A stretch of DNA of 64,000 nucleotides from Malacoraja senta (Eukaryota): NCBI GenBank assembly GCA_038087875.1, contig CM075989.1, positions 2,294,001 through 2,358,000 of the forward strand. The letters run 5' to 3'. Every line of letters begins with the position of its first letter. Position 1 is the first letter of the stretch. This document shows positions 62,573-64,000 of the stretch, in pieces. The position numbers and the translations under genes are program-made. The notes beneath the pieces were generated by a model. It saw only the letters and a program-made list of their open reading frames with translations. It made no database searches and was not told the origin of the DNA.

Positions 62573-64000
62573 GATACCAGCAAAAATCACCTCTCACATT
62601 CACAGTATCGACCCTTTTGCTTAGTGGATGGTCCTGCTAGGATATCTTCTAGGATAGAATGACACATTGGTGCAGCTGGTAGAGCTGCTGTCTCACAGTG
62701 CCAGAGACCTGGGTTCAATCCTGAACTCGGATGCTGTTGGTGTGGAGTTTGCACGTTCTCCCTGTGACTGCGTGGGTTTTCTCTGGGTGATCCGGTTTCC
62801 TCCTACATCCCAAAGATGTTTTGTTTAGATTAGTTTACTTCAGTTTAGAGTCACAGTGCGGACACAGGCAGTGAAAGAGGGTCGCACAGAATACCCGGCG
62901 GAGAGGAGGAGAACTTCTTTCAGGTAGGCACACCTTGAGGAGATTTCACAGTGAAACAGTAATATGTAGACACAGAACTGCAGCCGAAAGGTATAGGAAG
63001 GAACTGCAAATGCTGGTTTAAATCGAAGATAGACGCAACGTGCTGGAGTAACTCAGTGGGACAGGCAGCATCTCTGGATAGGAAGAATGGGTGAAGTTTC
63101 TTCAGACTGAAGAATGATCTTGACCCAAAACGTCAACCATTCCTTCTCTCCAGAGATGCTGCCTGTCCCGCTGAGTTACTCCAGAACTTTGTGTATATCT
63201 CACCGAACGGCAGATACTGGTTCACAAAAGAAATCTGGGATTGTAAATTATAACACGAGCAATATTGGCTACGTTACTGTATGTGCATTTCTATGTCGTG
63301 CCCGCAGGGCCTAATATAAAACTGAGGCCTGTCATCACCTCCAGCTCCACTTCAAGACTTATCTACATCCATCTAACATCAAAGCAAGTTATATTATGCC
63401 TCGACAATTACAGCTGTGAACATTTATATGTATACAGTATCAGCTACAAGAATTAATCACCGGAATAGTCCTCTCTTTGAAAGTTCAGCTGAATAAGTAC
63501 TCTTATTAATTCAACCCGAAGTCTTTGAATCAATAATGGTTTTATTTCCACACTGTGCATGAACAAGTAGCCCTTGATGAAATAAATGTTTCTCGATCCT
63601 TTGATATATAAAACAACAAAGTTGAAATCACATTATTTTTCCCACAATGAGCATATTTAAACAGAAACGTGATGACACGAGGGACTGCAGACGCTATCTA
63701 GTGGTAACCTGGTTACCACCGTAGCCGGTACCTGCCTCTGCCCCTCAGGTTACTCTTCCACCTGTTTCATAGCCGAGTGTTTGGCTTCATAGGCAGCACC
63801 TATCTCCGACTGACTGTGTCGGAAGGAGCTGAAGGTGCTGGTTTAAACCGAAGATGGACACAATGAGCTGGAGTAACTCAACGGGACAGGCAGCATCTCT
63901 GGCGAGGAGGAATGGGTGACGTTTCGGGTCAAAGGGTCTCTCGCTGAAAGGTCGCCCATTCCTTCTCTCCAGAGATGCTGCCTCTCCCGCTGAGTTACTC

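Noticed and set aside
61608..62624. 277-331 aa ORFs resembling mucin or extensin
   Set aside because: They arise from a 15-bp minisatellite open in four frames, and the flanks are CR1 and SINE remnants.

Overview
This is eukaryotic, repeat-dominated genomic DNA with a 200-N scaffold gap at 37345-37544. The repeat complement points to a cartilaginous fish, probably a skate or ray (inference). It includes CR1/HER1-type LINEs, tRNA-derived V-SINE/HE1-like SINEs, Penelope, Rex1, L2, RTE, Tx1, Tc1, hAT and Harbinger MITEs and a Helitron. Nearly all long ORFs are decayed transposon proteins or repeat artefacts, and no host gene could be named. Main observations: (1) Penelope termini and many fold-back derivatives carry a minimal hammerhead-ribozyme motif. 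(2) Eight or nine short minus-strand exon candidates (9977-33680) splice into an unidentified protein with in-frame stops and frameshifts, probably a pseudogene; one exon start is copied in an inverted duplication. (3) Three ORF-less CpG-rich retroposons of about 1 kb carry different LINE tails. (4) A minisatellite-bearing Helitron is present. (5) Several nested insertion stacks can be ordered by target-site duplications (TSDs). (6) A Tx1 element sits in a GA microsatellite. (7) Both Tc1 copies share one frameshift. Family names come from motif recognition only; no searches were run, and repeat boundaries are approximate unless a terminal inverted repeat (TIR) or TSD is quoted.
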